A stretch of DNA of 64,000 nucleotides from Bugula neritina (lineage: Eukaryota; Animalia; Bryozoa): contig OZ037768.1 of the NCBI GenBank assembly GCA_964035545.1, positions 18,273,700 to 18,337,699 of the forward strand, given 5' to 3'. Made by a program: the position numbers and the translations under genes. The notes beneath the pieces were generated by a model. The model was given only the letters and a program-made list of their open reading frames with translations, was not told the origin of the DNA and ran no database searches. Shown here piece after piece: positions 41,572-53,469 of this stretch (position 1 is the first letter of the stretch; each line of letters starts with the position of its first letter).

Positions 41572-41850
41572 CAGCTTTAGAATTCCTGCTCTGCCTCGGC
41601 TCTTGTGTCATACGCTCATACTGAAAGCAGATTGTTAGTAAATCTTGTTTTATACTTGGCTTACAGCTAACGTGTTTTTGCCATGATGATGCCTGATGGT
41701 ATTTAATGAGCAGAGCAAATTCAAACCGCAACCTGAATCGGTGGAATTAAATTCTCAGCTGATCACAAAATTCTTGGTATTTGATTGGCTCAACTATAAC
41801 ACGCCTTTTCTCTCCAAAAATGATAAATGATTTGACGTAATTGGAAACTT
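41572..41850 (-). promoter_or_regulatory. Candidate HDHD5 promoter and non-coding leader exons
   Basis: Minus-strand CCAAT box (gattggc about 41782-41788), CRE-like tgacgtaa about 41832-41839; candidate exons ending 41665 and 41620-41572 with consensus donors; strong acceptor at 39111-39113 80 nt upstream of the HDHD5 ATG implies an upstream exon. Confidence 0.5.
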
Positions 41851-43084
41851 ATACTGATGAAAGAGTTGCGTTCTCAGTACAGCCTAGTTGTATTATAAGA
41901 TAACTCTGCATCAACTCATATTGTCACTGTTTAACCTCAACAACATTCTCATAGTGTTCACCAAGGTTTCCAAATATTTATGGTTTAGTTCAATCTTCCA
42001 TAAAGCTTCAGCTGTCATTGATATATGGAGATCGGTCATTTTTTGCTTTCTCGAAACATGTAAACACCAGCAGCTTTCTTTATTGGTACTGGTAATAGGA
42101 TCAAAACAGTCACAAAGAATAGAGGATATAGATAATATTCTTGAAAATTTTTTCTGCTTAAAGCCTTGTTTTTATTGTTTAAGGAACGTACTTTAGCTCA
42201 GCATTCTAAAGTATCATGCTTTCTCTGATTGAATTGCAAGTCATTTCAGTACATCAATAGTCTTCTAATAGATCTCTACATCAATACATTTTATTTTGCT
42301 TTATACTTAAAAGAAAACAAAACAAAATTCTACATCAATAAATTTTACTTTGCTTTATAGTAACTTGTTGATCTCTGAGGCTTGCACGATGGTCCTACGA
42401 GATCCCGCTGCAGGATCTACTTCATACAGATACAGTTAACTTCCATATCTCTAAGATCTATGAGGGCTACCATATCAATGTTTTTGTTGAATTTTTCTTA
42501 TTTTTTTTCTTACCATAGCTATGCTAGGTATGCAGTGTAAAAATATACAGTGATTTTGATGTACATATAATATTATCATTACGATGGATATGTTGAACAG
42601 CATAATAATAATATGATGCACATATTTTTGTATCTAGAAAACTTAATTTAAATACTATTTGAAAACAATAGTATGATCTTTTGACAGGTCTTTTTTTAAC
42701 TATTGCAGACTTGATCATCAGAGTACATAAACTATCAATCTGCAAGAAGAAATTTCACAAAAAAAGTAAAACACACTGCTCCGAAGCTTAAGGAATTGCC
42801 TTTTCATGGACCGACGCAGTTGGCCAATTATTTTACTTGCAGGATAAAATAACAATACGTTGTTAAGAACTATAATCTGCCGAAATTGAGTTGCTAATAC
42901 TTTGTAGGGGACATATCTTCTTCCAATCGTCTTTGAAGAAAATAGCCTTAGAGTTTAAAATGAAAACTGTTTAATTAGAGCTATTGTATAAAAATCATTT
43001 GTTTTACAAACTAAAACAATTTTATTTTATAAATACAAATTTTTAAATCACTAAATCATTTTTCATGAATGAATCATTGTTTAA

Positions 43085-43158
43085 CTAAAGGAGGAAGACA
43101 AGCCACGGAGGCGTATCTGGTCGGTGGCTTTACCTCAGTGTTTCTCTTCAAAGCGCCA
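43085..43158 (+). other. Candidate non-coding first exon of UBA1
   Basis: GC-richer island in AT-rich DNA ending in cca|gtaagt; UBA1 ATG at 44300 directly follows an acceptor (tttag), so an upstream exon is required. Confidence 0.55.
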
Positions 43159-44299
43159 GTAAGTTTTCAATTAAGCTTTTAGTTGAGCTGTATAAAATTT
43201 TATTTTAAATGTTCGAGTAAAACAAGTTATTTCTTACTTGCGCTTATACAATTGTGCTAGTTGTCGCTACTAATAGTAATATTAGCCAATTCATCTTAGA
43301 CTTATGAATTACTACAACTTGCAGTTTCGATTTGCTTACTTTCGGCTAAAACTTCACAATTGGGATTCCATCTCATTATTAATATTTTTACATCATGTTT
43401 ATTTTGAGTTGGAATTTTATATGTGCTTATTTTAGATTTGTGGATACACTTTCTCTAAATTAAAAAGCACTTTTATTGTTTGAGAAAATCAATAAACACA
43501 GAGTAAACAGAAGAGTTTCCGGTAGATTTGATGCAGATATTCGTTGGTCGGCCATTACTCTATATATATTCATGTAGTGTGCACGCTTTTCTTAGCCTAA
43601 ACTAAGACACTTGATGGTTTAACTAGAAACACTTTTGTTTGGCATTGGACTGTTGAAAACCAATTCAAAAGTTTTGCAACCACTTCTTATTTTATAAATT
43701 TATTTTGTCTCGTATGCCAATTGTTTAAAGGTTAGTTGTACTTGTACTTGTAGTTGTTTCCAAGTCTAACTCTAAGTCTAAGCTTCAGTTGGACTTCTGT
43801 TTGAGTTTAACTAAACTAAAACTTGAAGTTGAACTTGATCATCAGGATTTTAAAACTAAATATAGGCCATAGACATAAGTGTAGCTGTATGTCGTGTGAC
43901 TGTATGGGTACCCCAACCCCTCCCTTATAGTTGTAGCTATAGTTACTCTTGTCTTACACTGACTCTCACTCCGACTACAAGCTGAACTTGAAATACCTGT
44001 ACAAATTTATTAATTTTTCTCATGAATTTTGCATTTCCACAATATTGAATGTGCATTAAAATTTAAATTGTTGAGCTCATTGGCTCATTTGAATTGCTCA
44101 ATAAGTTTTTAAAGAGCTAATACTATAGTAATAGTAATACCAGACTGACTCTGAGAGTGAGACTACACATCCATGCACTAACAGTAACACTAATCATGAT
44201 GTACAGTTTTAGGTTGCCCTTTGGTGTGGTATCAATGTTGTACTTGATTCGTAATTGTTCAGCTAGTACTTAATGTATAATTCCAATTTTAGTATTTAG

Positions 44300-47200
44300 A
44301 TGTCCTCTGCAGCATTTGAAGAAAATCAGACGAGTACCTCGCCTCCTGCAAAAAGACAGAAAACTGAACGAAACGGCAGTTCAAATATGCCTGGTGAAAC
44401 TGCAACTGCTTCCAACTCTAGTGGCATCGATGAGGGTCTCTATTCAAGGCAGCTGTAAGTGACCTATAGGTATACTGGTGTACTTGTTCGCAAAGTCAAT
44501 AAATATACATACAATCTAACTCCATATTGAAGTTTTGCATGATCTTTCAGTTGACTTTATGCACCAGTGGTATTGGAAGTGCCCATTAGGGATTGTTCTT
44601 GCAGTTGTTGTGGTGCTTTTTTTAAAAACAACTTGAGTATGAAACAAATGAAACGAATTACAGTTTCAATGTTGAAGGTATAGCTTCCATTTTGTTTCGC
44701 ATTTCAACACCTTTTGTGTTGCACTGATTAGGATTACATTCCATTCTTTTTTCAGTTATGTCTTGGGACATGAGGCTATGCGCAAGATGAATGCATCCAA
44801 CATTCTGATATCTGGGATGAAAGGTCTGGGTGTAGAAATAGCCAAGAATCTTATTCTTGGGGGAGTGAAATCATGTGTTCTTCATGATACTGAGCCTGTA
44901 CACATCTCAGATCTTGCATCGCAGGTAAAACTGATAATTATGCCCAACTTTGCTTCCATAAACACTGTTTTCCAATGAACATGGGAAGAAATTGTGATGT
45001 AGTGGTGTGTAGTAGTGGTATGTAGTAGTGGTATGTAAATTTTGACCAGTTTTTTTCCCTTCTAATGCTACACTCCATCAGTGGTTCGAATGCTGGCCTA
45101 GTAAATACGGGTCAGTGGTTCAAACACCTGCGATGATGTTAGGAAGAGCATCTGGTCATAGTTGCTCCTGTGCCACGTATGAGTAAATCATTTATCCCGC
45201 TTTAAAAACTCTTTCTATCAGGGGTTCTCACATGGATAGTGACTATAAACTCATGTGAGTTTTTTTGGAATTTCATATTGCATTGTATGTATTGAATTAT
45301 ATATCTTTCTAAAGTGCAGTTATATAACCATTTGAAAAGTTTTGACTTGCGTTGTGAGGTTCCTGTAAATGTTTACATGGTGACTTTTAACAGTTTAACC
45401 TATTTATTATACATCTTCAGCAGAATTGTATGGTCTCAATTTGTTTGAATAACTTAAAATGTTATTTATTAGTGATTATGTGATGGTATATCAATTTTTA
45501 ACTTGGGTAGATAGTGAATGCGGGTACAACTATGAGGTCTTCACATTACAGCCACATCATTTGCAATCTTTGTAACCTTTCCATATAATTTCAATTGGCT
45601 GACTTGTTGAATATGCCATGTATGTTAGGACACTTCTGCACATTTATGTAGTTCTTCTTTAAAGAGAGTGATGTCGGACAGAATCGAGCTGTGGTGGTCA
45701 CTCCAAGAGTGTCCGAGTTGAATAGCTATGTCTCTACTGAATCGTACACAGGCCAACTAACCACCGAGTTTATCTCTAAGTTTCAAGTAAGCCAACAGTG
45801 CTATCAGTCTTGCATGTTTAAGCCCCAAGAAAATATTTTTGAGATTTCTTTTATGTTTTGAAGATTTGTATCTCGCAAACTTGTAGAACTCATGAAATAT
45901 TTGCCCTAATGCCAGATCTGCTCAGTGCTAGTGATTAGTATTTATTCTGACTAACCATGCAGGTAGTTGTGTTGACTAACTCATCCCTGGACCAGCAGAT
46001 TGAGATCAGTGAATACTGTCACTCTCATGACATCAAATTTATAGTCGCTGAAACATATGGCTTGTTTGGGTAAGTGCCTACCGAGTAGCTAATTAATGCT
46101 GCGTGCATATTCTAATGAATTAGTGCCCTTCTCTAACTGCTAGTAATATAATACAGTGTATGGTAATCTAGTATCTTAGTATTACACTAGAAGGTATTGT
46201 TGCAGGCATATATTCTGCGATTTTGGTGATAAGTTCACTGTGAGTGACACGAATGGTGAAAACCCGTTGAGTGTGATGATTGCATCAATCAGTAAGGATA
46301 AGGAAGGCGTAGTGACGTGTTTGGATGAAACTCGACATGGCATGGAGAGTGGTGATTTTATTACATTCTCTGAAGTTCATGGCATGGTGGAACTAAACGG
46401 TTCAGCTCCTAGAGAGATCAAGGTATTGCGGATTATCAATATTAGTAGGTGATATTTTAGCAATAGTGCAAGTAACAAGTGTGTATTATGGTACTTAACA
46501 TGGCAACTTCTTTACCAGTAAACCAACCTGTTCGGTATGCTACAGGCTTTAGTAATGTCTGGCCACACAGGGACTTCATAAAAAATATCATCGAGGTTTT
46601 TTAAAAACTGGTGCTGTTTAAAGCACATTTTTTTGCATCTTCATAAAACATTTAAATGATATAATGTTTTCAAAACCTAAATACTCCAATTGGTTTGAGC
46701 CAACTAAACATTGTGTTGTTTCTCGCAGACCAGTTTCTTTTCAAAACTCGCTGTAAACATAATTTAACAAAATGTTTTTCTATACACAATCTGTTGGCTA
46801 TCGAAAATTTTAATGTGTTTTCATTGATTTGCGACAACCCGTTTCAACAGCTGTGATACATATAAACAGTTGTATGATAGTTGGTGACTACTTCCTTGAT
46901 TTGAAGCATGACCACTGAAAGTGATTATTTATTGCCTTGCAAATCTGCTGCAGGTTGCTAGAATTGCATAATCTTCAGACACTAGGACTAGATTTTAGTT
47001 AGTTTCATATTGCCCAGTAAAATGGTTTTGTAATGCTCACTATGGTGGCTGTGCCTATAGAAGTTGGTGTTTATACATTGTGTTACTTGCAGGTGCTAGG
47101 ACCTTATACATTCAGTATTGGTGACACATCGACACTCAGTGACTACGTGAGAGGTGGCATTGCCACTCAGACTAAACAACCTAAAGATATCTCATTTGTG

Positions 47201-50200
47201 AGTATGAGTGAGAATATTAGTTTTCTGTCTGAATATTCTTTTGATTGATCAGAGTAATTACCTTACAGAACTGTATAATCTCATACTCAATTCCCTCCTC
47301 CATTTTATTGTCAACCTTTAAGCTGCTCCATGTATTATCTACCTTTGAGTTATTTGAACAGTATATCTATTGTTCATCTACAATCAGATAAATCTACTTT
47401 TATCATGCTAAGCCAGATCTCTAACCATTTGATGAGACAATGACCTCTATAGTCAGTTAAATCGTATTGAATCTATGGATTTTATTTAGAAATCGTTGAA
47501 AGACAGTTTGGCTGCTCCAGACTTCATGATCACAGATTTTGCAAAGTTTGGTAGAGCAGAACAGTGTCACATAGCATTTCAGGCTTTGCATGAATATAAA
47601 AAGCAAAATGGATGCCTTCCTAAACCATGGTGCAGGGTAAGTGGATTGACGTCTTTAAACAAACCGGTGGTTACACTAGATAGCTCCTGGATGCATTGAA
47701 TAGAAGTAGTATCTGCATGTACCATACTATGTGTCTCGTCCATGCTGAAGGAAATTTACCCTGATGTAGGCTGACGGTAAATCTTTCCTGGAACTGACAA
47801 AATCAATAAATGAAAAGTCTGCTGCCAAAGCAGAGTTGGATGATGACCTGATTTTGAAGCTGTCTTATGTTGCTGCCGGTGATCTCTGCCCTATGCAGGC
47901 AGTGATTGGTGGGATTACAGCGCAGGAGGCGATGAAGGCCTGCAGTGGAAAGTTCATGCCAATCCAACAACACATGCATTTTGATGCGTTGGAGTGTTTG
48001 GCAGAGGGAGAGCTGGAAGAAGCAACAGTCAAGTGTGTAAGTCATCACAAACAGTAGAGCATGCTCTTTCACTGTTACTTCTGTAGAATTTATTTCCCTG
48101 TAATTTTCATACTCATTTAGTTTATTTACAAAATATTATGTTGTGTTAATACTTTATTCTGACTTTTCTTATTGTAGAATAACAGCCGTTATGATGGCCA
48201 AATTGCAGTCTTTGGTAATGAATTTCAGAACAAACTGGAGAAACTTAAATACTTTCTGGTGAGCAAGTTTAGCAGTGATATTTGTGTCTATGTATCTGTG
48301 TATGTATGTTTAGCTGTATGAAATCATGTGCAAGTATTTTAGCATTTCTTGATAAGACATGGTTGTCTCGTCATATACTTGTAAGGTTGGCGCCGGAGCC
48401 ATTGGGTGTGAGATGTTGAAGAACTGGGCCATGATGGGCGTGGCATGCGGACCTGGAGGTCAAATCTATGTCACTGATATGGATACCATTGAGAAATCTA
48501 ACCTCAACAGACAGTTTCTCTTTCGTCCCAGCGACGTGCAGGTGTGTTGCAATCTGTTACAGCGTGTCAAGTATTACTCGTCCCTGTACTCTTGTATAAT
48601 CTGTTTCTGTCCCTGCTGTAGAAATTAAAGTCTGTGTGTGCTGCTGACGCTGTCAAAGTCATGAATCCGAATGTCAAGATCACCTCACACCAGAACAGAG
48701 TAGGGCCTGAGACCGAGTCTGTGTATGATGACGCGTTCTTTGAGTCTCTAGATGGCGTAGCTAATGCATTGGATAATGTTGCTGCCCGTAAGTTTAACTT
48801 CTCCTGTGATGCTGTGGATTCATTGTATGACTCTATGTATTCTATGATGTCAGCAACTTAAGTTACAAAGTTGGAGTTGTTTTCTCGTAGTAAACCTAAC
48901 TTGGCTAAAAATTGTTCAGCTGAAATATTTGTGCACAGTTGATGTAGGCAAGTAAATTCATTGGACAAGTTTATGTAGCAGATTAACTATCACAGTTGAG
49001 AAAATTCTCCAAGTAGGAAAGAAAATTTTCCGCCTGATGGCTATGTACAATGTGTTTGTAAGCTCTACCTTTATTCTACCATCAAGTTATACATACAGGA
49101 ACGTATATGGACAGGCGATGTGTATACTACAAGAAAACGCTGCTAGAGTCAGGTACTCTGGGAACTAAAGCTAACACGCAAGTTGTCCTACCTCACCTCA
49201 CAGAGAGCTACTCATCCAGTCAAGACCCACCAGAGAAATCTATCCCCGCCTGCACTCTACACAACTTCCCCAATGCCATCGAACACACGTTGCAGTGGGC
49301 TCGCAGCCAGTTCGAAGGCTACTTTGTAAACATTGCTGAAGACGTAGATCAGTATATTAGGGACCCTCAGTTCACGGCTAGAACTAAAAAGTTACCTGGA
49401 AATGAGCCCGTGAGTTGAATGCAGTTTACAAGAGAATTCAGAGAGTTTTGTACTTGTTGGTCTGCTTCGTCCGTCATATTCTAGTGGTTCGGTTAGCTTT
49501 TCAATAGCCAATTGCTGTCTTCTATGTTTTCAGTAGTTATTCGTCGGTTTTTGATAAAAATATGCCTATATTTGTAGTTGACCACTTTTCAATCATTACT
49601 CGAGTCTCTAACCACAAAGAAAGCCAGCACATTTGAAGACTGCGTCCAGTGGGCCAGAAATCTTTTCCAGGAAAATTACAGCAATAATATCAGACAACTC
49701 CTCTTTAACTTTCCTGCTGATGCCACCACAACTAGCGGTGCGCTGTTCTGGTCGGGACCTAAGCGCTGCCCGAACCCGCTAAGTTTTGATGTGCACAATG
49801 ACACTCACCTGGACTTTATAGTCGCAGCGGCTAACCTCCGAGCCTATATGTACGGCATTAAGCAGTGCTCAGATCGGGCAGCTATTGGTAAGATGGTGTC
49901 TACCATGGTTCCTCCGCCATTTGAGCCCAAGGCTGGAGTTAGAATTGATGCCAGTGAAGCAGAGGCTACAGCAAGAGGTTCTGAGTCTGTGGGTGAGTTG
50001 AGACTCTTGTCATTGGAATAGTTGAATAGCAAATGTTTCAGTGTTAGGGGGTTGTTGTATATTAAATAATGCTCTTACAACTTTTCTGTACACTAGCCAG
50101 CCTTTATGCTATACTGGATGTCTACTTCCTTTTAGAAAGTAGTTGATTTCTCAGCTGGCTATTCTACTTGTATAGTTTAGACTCTAGATCATAACAATGG

Positions 50201-52099
50201 AAATTATAATGCCCAGACATCAACGTAGATATGCAAATAAAATAAAAACTGTTTATTTGCTCGCATTCTGTTGCAATATTCATTGCTTTGTGATCCAGTT
50301 CATATGTTGTTATAAAAGTAAAGCTTTTGATTTTGATGGTTGTTTGCAGTGTAGTGTGGGAAAAAGGTGCTAAGATGTGTAAATTATTTGTGTGAAATTT
50401 CTAGATCCTGACAGTTTGGGCGGGGTAATCAGCCGACTCCCAAGTCCTTCTACCCTTCAGAACCTGGTCATTAGGAAGTCCGACTTTGAAAAGGATGATG
50501 ACAGCAACTATCACATGGATTTCATCACCGCCTGCAGTAATCTTAGAGCCGACAACTATAGCATTGCACCTGCCGATAAGCATAAGAGTAAACTCATAGC
50601 CGGAAAAATTATACCTGCCATAGCTACAACCACAGCTATGGTGGTGGGTTTGGTCTGTCTGGAAATGTATAAGGTATGTATACTTGCACTAAAGCTTTTA
50701 CTACTGAACTTATACAATATAAAGGTCTGAGTTTTCTTTGCAGTAAAATGGGTTGTTTGTGACTGGCTATGCTATGCTGTAGATGGTGCAAGGACACAAG
50801 GATATAGAAATGTACAAAAATGGCTTCGTAAACTTAGCTTTGCCTTTCTTTGGCTTCTCCACGCCTATAGCTCCAACTAAGAACAAGTATTACGAGAATG
50901 AGTTTTCTCTGTGGGACAGGTTCAGCATTGATGGCTCCAAAGGCCAGTCTGGGGAGATGACTCTAAAAGAGCTCATCGACTACTTTCAGGTGAGCTAAGC
51001 AGCTTGGTTACACTTCTCTTCTCATTGGTTCCTTTCAAAACTAACCAGTAATGACATTTGTAAATGTTTGATTACCTTAAAATTAACAAATAAATAATTA
51101 TACTAGTTTCTATTAATACAGAAAATGGCAGATTTGTGTGTATATGCCACCATTTTATATTTGAAATTTAGTTCGTAGTATAGGGATCAATTTTTTTTAT
51201 TGTATCATACTCTCAAGATTTAATATATATCACTTATTAAAACACGTTTATAACAAATAGTTTATTTTTGTGGTCAATCTTCACATTTGCCTCTTGAAAC
51301 AATAATTTTATTTTAAATTGGGATTTTGTTTTCTGCAATATTTTCTATCCTGCGATACCTTCAAAAGATGCTACGGCTTAATGATTTTTAATTCTGTAAA
51401 AAATGAAATTTTTCAGAATGAAGAAAAGCTGGAGATAACCATGCTCTCCCAAGGAGTGGCTATGCTTTATTCATTCTTTATGAACTCTGCTAAGAGAAAG
51501 GAAAGGCTGGCCATGCCGTAAGTGTGTTTTGCTATATATTTAGTTTGAAGTAGGGGGGGGGGGGGGGGAGATAATGCACTGAGTTGAAACAAAGAAACAT
51601 TGAATATCAACAAATTGACAGCATATTGAATGTTATAAATTATAAAAAGACAGAACTTGTACCATTATTATGTATTAGAGTTTTACCGATGTATTTCTGT
51701 GAACCAGTTTTGTTAAATATGAAAAGGCCTTTTTGAATAGCCTGTGTGATTTTAATTACATATAGATTATTTTGGATGCCATAGTTTTTAACTTATTACA
51801 GCTAGGGCCACATGGAGTGGAATTTTGCTTCCGGAACCGCATGTGGTGCTAATCCGCTCCGGGCGTTCTTTGTCGCACACAATACGTTTGCAGAAAATTA
51901 TAGAATGGTTGCTGTAGATGTCAGGGTTGAATGTATAATGATGTTTTTTAGTTTGAGTGAAGTTGTGCTGCAAGTTACTAAGCAACAGTCATTTCCACCA
52001 CACGTTCAATCTTTGGTGTTGGAGATTTGTTGTAATGATACTGATGGAGAAGACGTGGAAGTCCCCTACATCAAGTATGATTTACCAAAAAAAGCTTAA
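44300..52099 (+). CDS. UBA1: Ubiquitin-activating enzyme E1
   Basis: Exons 44300-44454, 44756-44924, 45652-45786, 45963-46069, 46206-46422, 47093-47197, 47490-47636, 47770-48036, 48178-48258, 48386-48541, 48622-48787, 49099-49409, 49578-49992, 50405-50673, 50783-50989, 51417-51517, 51952-52099. Motifs [40 protein letters not shown], catalytic [47 protein letters not shown]-terminal [10 protein letters not shown]. Confidence 0.97.
45075..45250 (+). mobile_element. tRNA-derived SINE family A, copy 3 (diverged)
   Basis: gtggttcaaacacc...gatgttaggaagagcatctggtcatagttgctcctgtgccac...ggatagtgactataaac matches other family A copies. Confidence 0.75.
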
Positions 52100-53469
52100 A
52101 GAACATGTTGAGAAAAGAGACTTGCGCCAAGGGTGCCGATATCATTGTCAAGGGTTTTGGCTACAGTGCTACTATTGTGTATCTATATTTATGTTTATTT
52201 TGTGGCTAGTTTATGTTTATTTCTTACTAGTGCAGTTCATTAACATCGTTCTAACCATCCATATAGTTGTATCTTTTATTGTAGGAAATCAATATCTTTA
52301 CAAATATAATTTTATTCAAATTTTTCAATCTTGGCTTGCAATTTCTGTTTTCTTTAATGCATTCTAAATAATGAAAGTTGCATTAAAGACAAGCCGCCGA
52401 TGTAAGTTTCAGTTTTATTAAAAAATAACATTTATCATTATAGAAAACCATAAGTACAAAGATTAAAATTTCGTAAAACCAATCCACAATAACACAATGA
52501 ATAAATGGTTAATTATATCAAAACTGTACAAAATGAATTATGGCAAGTACAACTACAAGAATATCAATACAATATACATATTGTATCAAGTTAGGTGTTC
52601 CTTGTGTCAGTGTTCTTGTTAAAAATCTAATACATACGTATATCAAAAAACAATTACATTTCATTTAAAACTGTCGTTCTAATTGGTGGAAATTTAAGTT
52701 CTGTGTTATGACTGGTTCTTCAGTCCACTGTAGTCTATATTCAGGTGAACCCTTTTCTTCCAGCCAGGACATACATGAATTATTTTATTCAAAAATTTTA
52801 GGGCTTTCTCAACCTGCACCAGTAAAATTTTTTTTCAATTGGAAATCAAGTATTGAGGGCTCTACAACACTACAGTCTGACATAAAATAATTCCGACGGG
52901 TATAACGGAAAGAGTGCCATATCCATATTTCTAATGGCAAGTTTTAGAGACTTGTACAGCTGTATTGTGAAATGTTGGGCAGCGCACTCTTTCTGTTATG
53001 CCAGTACATATAATACAAAACTATAATATTTATAGTAAACAATAACTGCTGTTAAAAACTATACAAAACAAATTTTTAATGCCAAAAGTAATCTCAATTT
53101 ACAGCAAATACTGAGGCCAATTTGGAAGATAATTTTGGTTTTCGATATATACCTATAGACTCTGTTCATAGATGCTAGTTACCAATTGTTTACCAAATAC
53201 AATTGTATATCGAGAGAACAAAAAAAAATCTTCCCAATAGGATGTTGCTAATACTAGTAGCTAAAATGCTGATTATAAAATATTAGGTTGAATAATTCTT
53301 GTGTAGTAAAGCTTGCTGTATGAAGGTAATTAATATTTATAGTGCAGACAACTACACCAGGAGTGTTATATCTTCCAGCTTAATTTTCCAAATTCCGGCA
53401 ATGTATTTATTAAATGTGTTTAGAAATGTCTGTCTAATAATAATTTATAGATCTGAAGTATAAAAATAT

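Noticed and set aside
41572-41620. In-frame TGA as selenocysteine (MSV-U-HKSRGR)
   Set aside because: No selenoprotein motif recognised and no SECIS identified.
41700-42280. Possible small gene or transposase between HDHD5 and UBA1
   Set aside because: Frames are interrupted by stops and no motif was recognised.
51812-51951. Intronic ORF in frame with the last UBA1 exon
   Set aside because: No similarity to E1 sequence; normal acceptor at 51951 explains the gene; probably chance.
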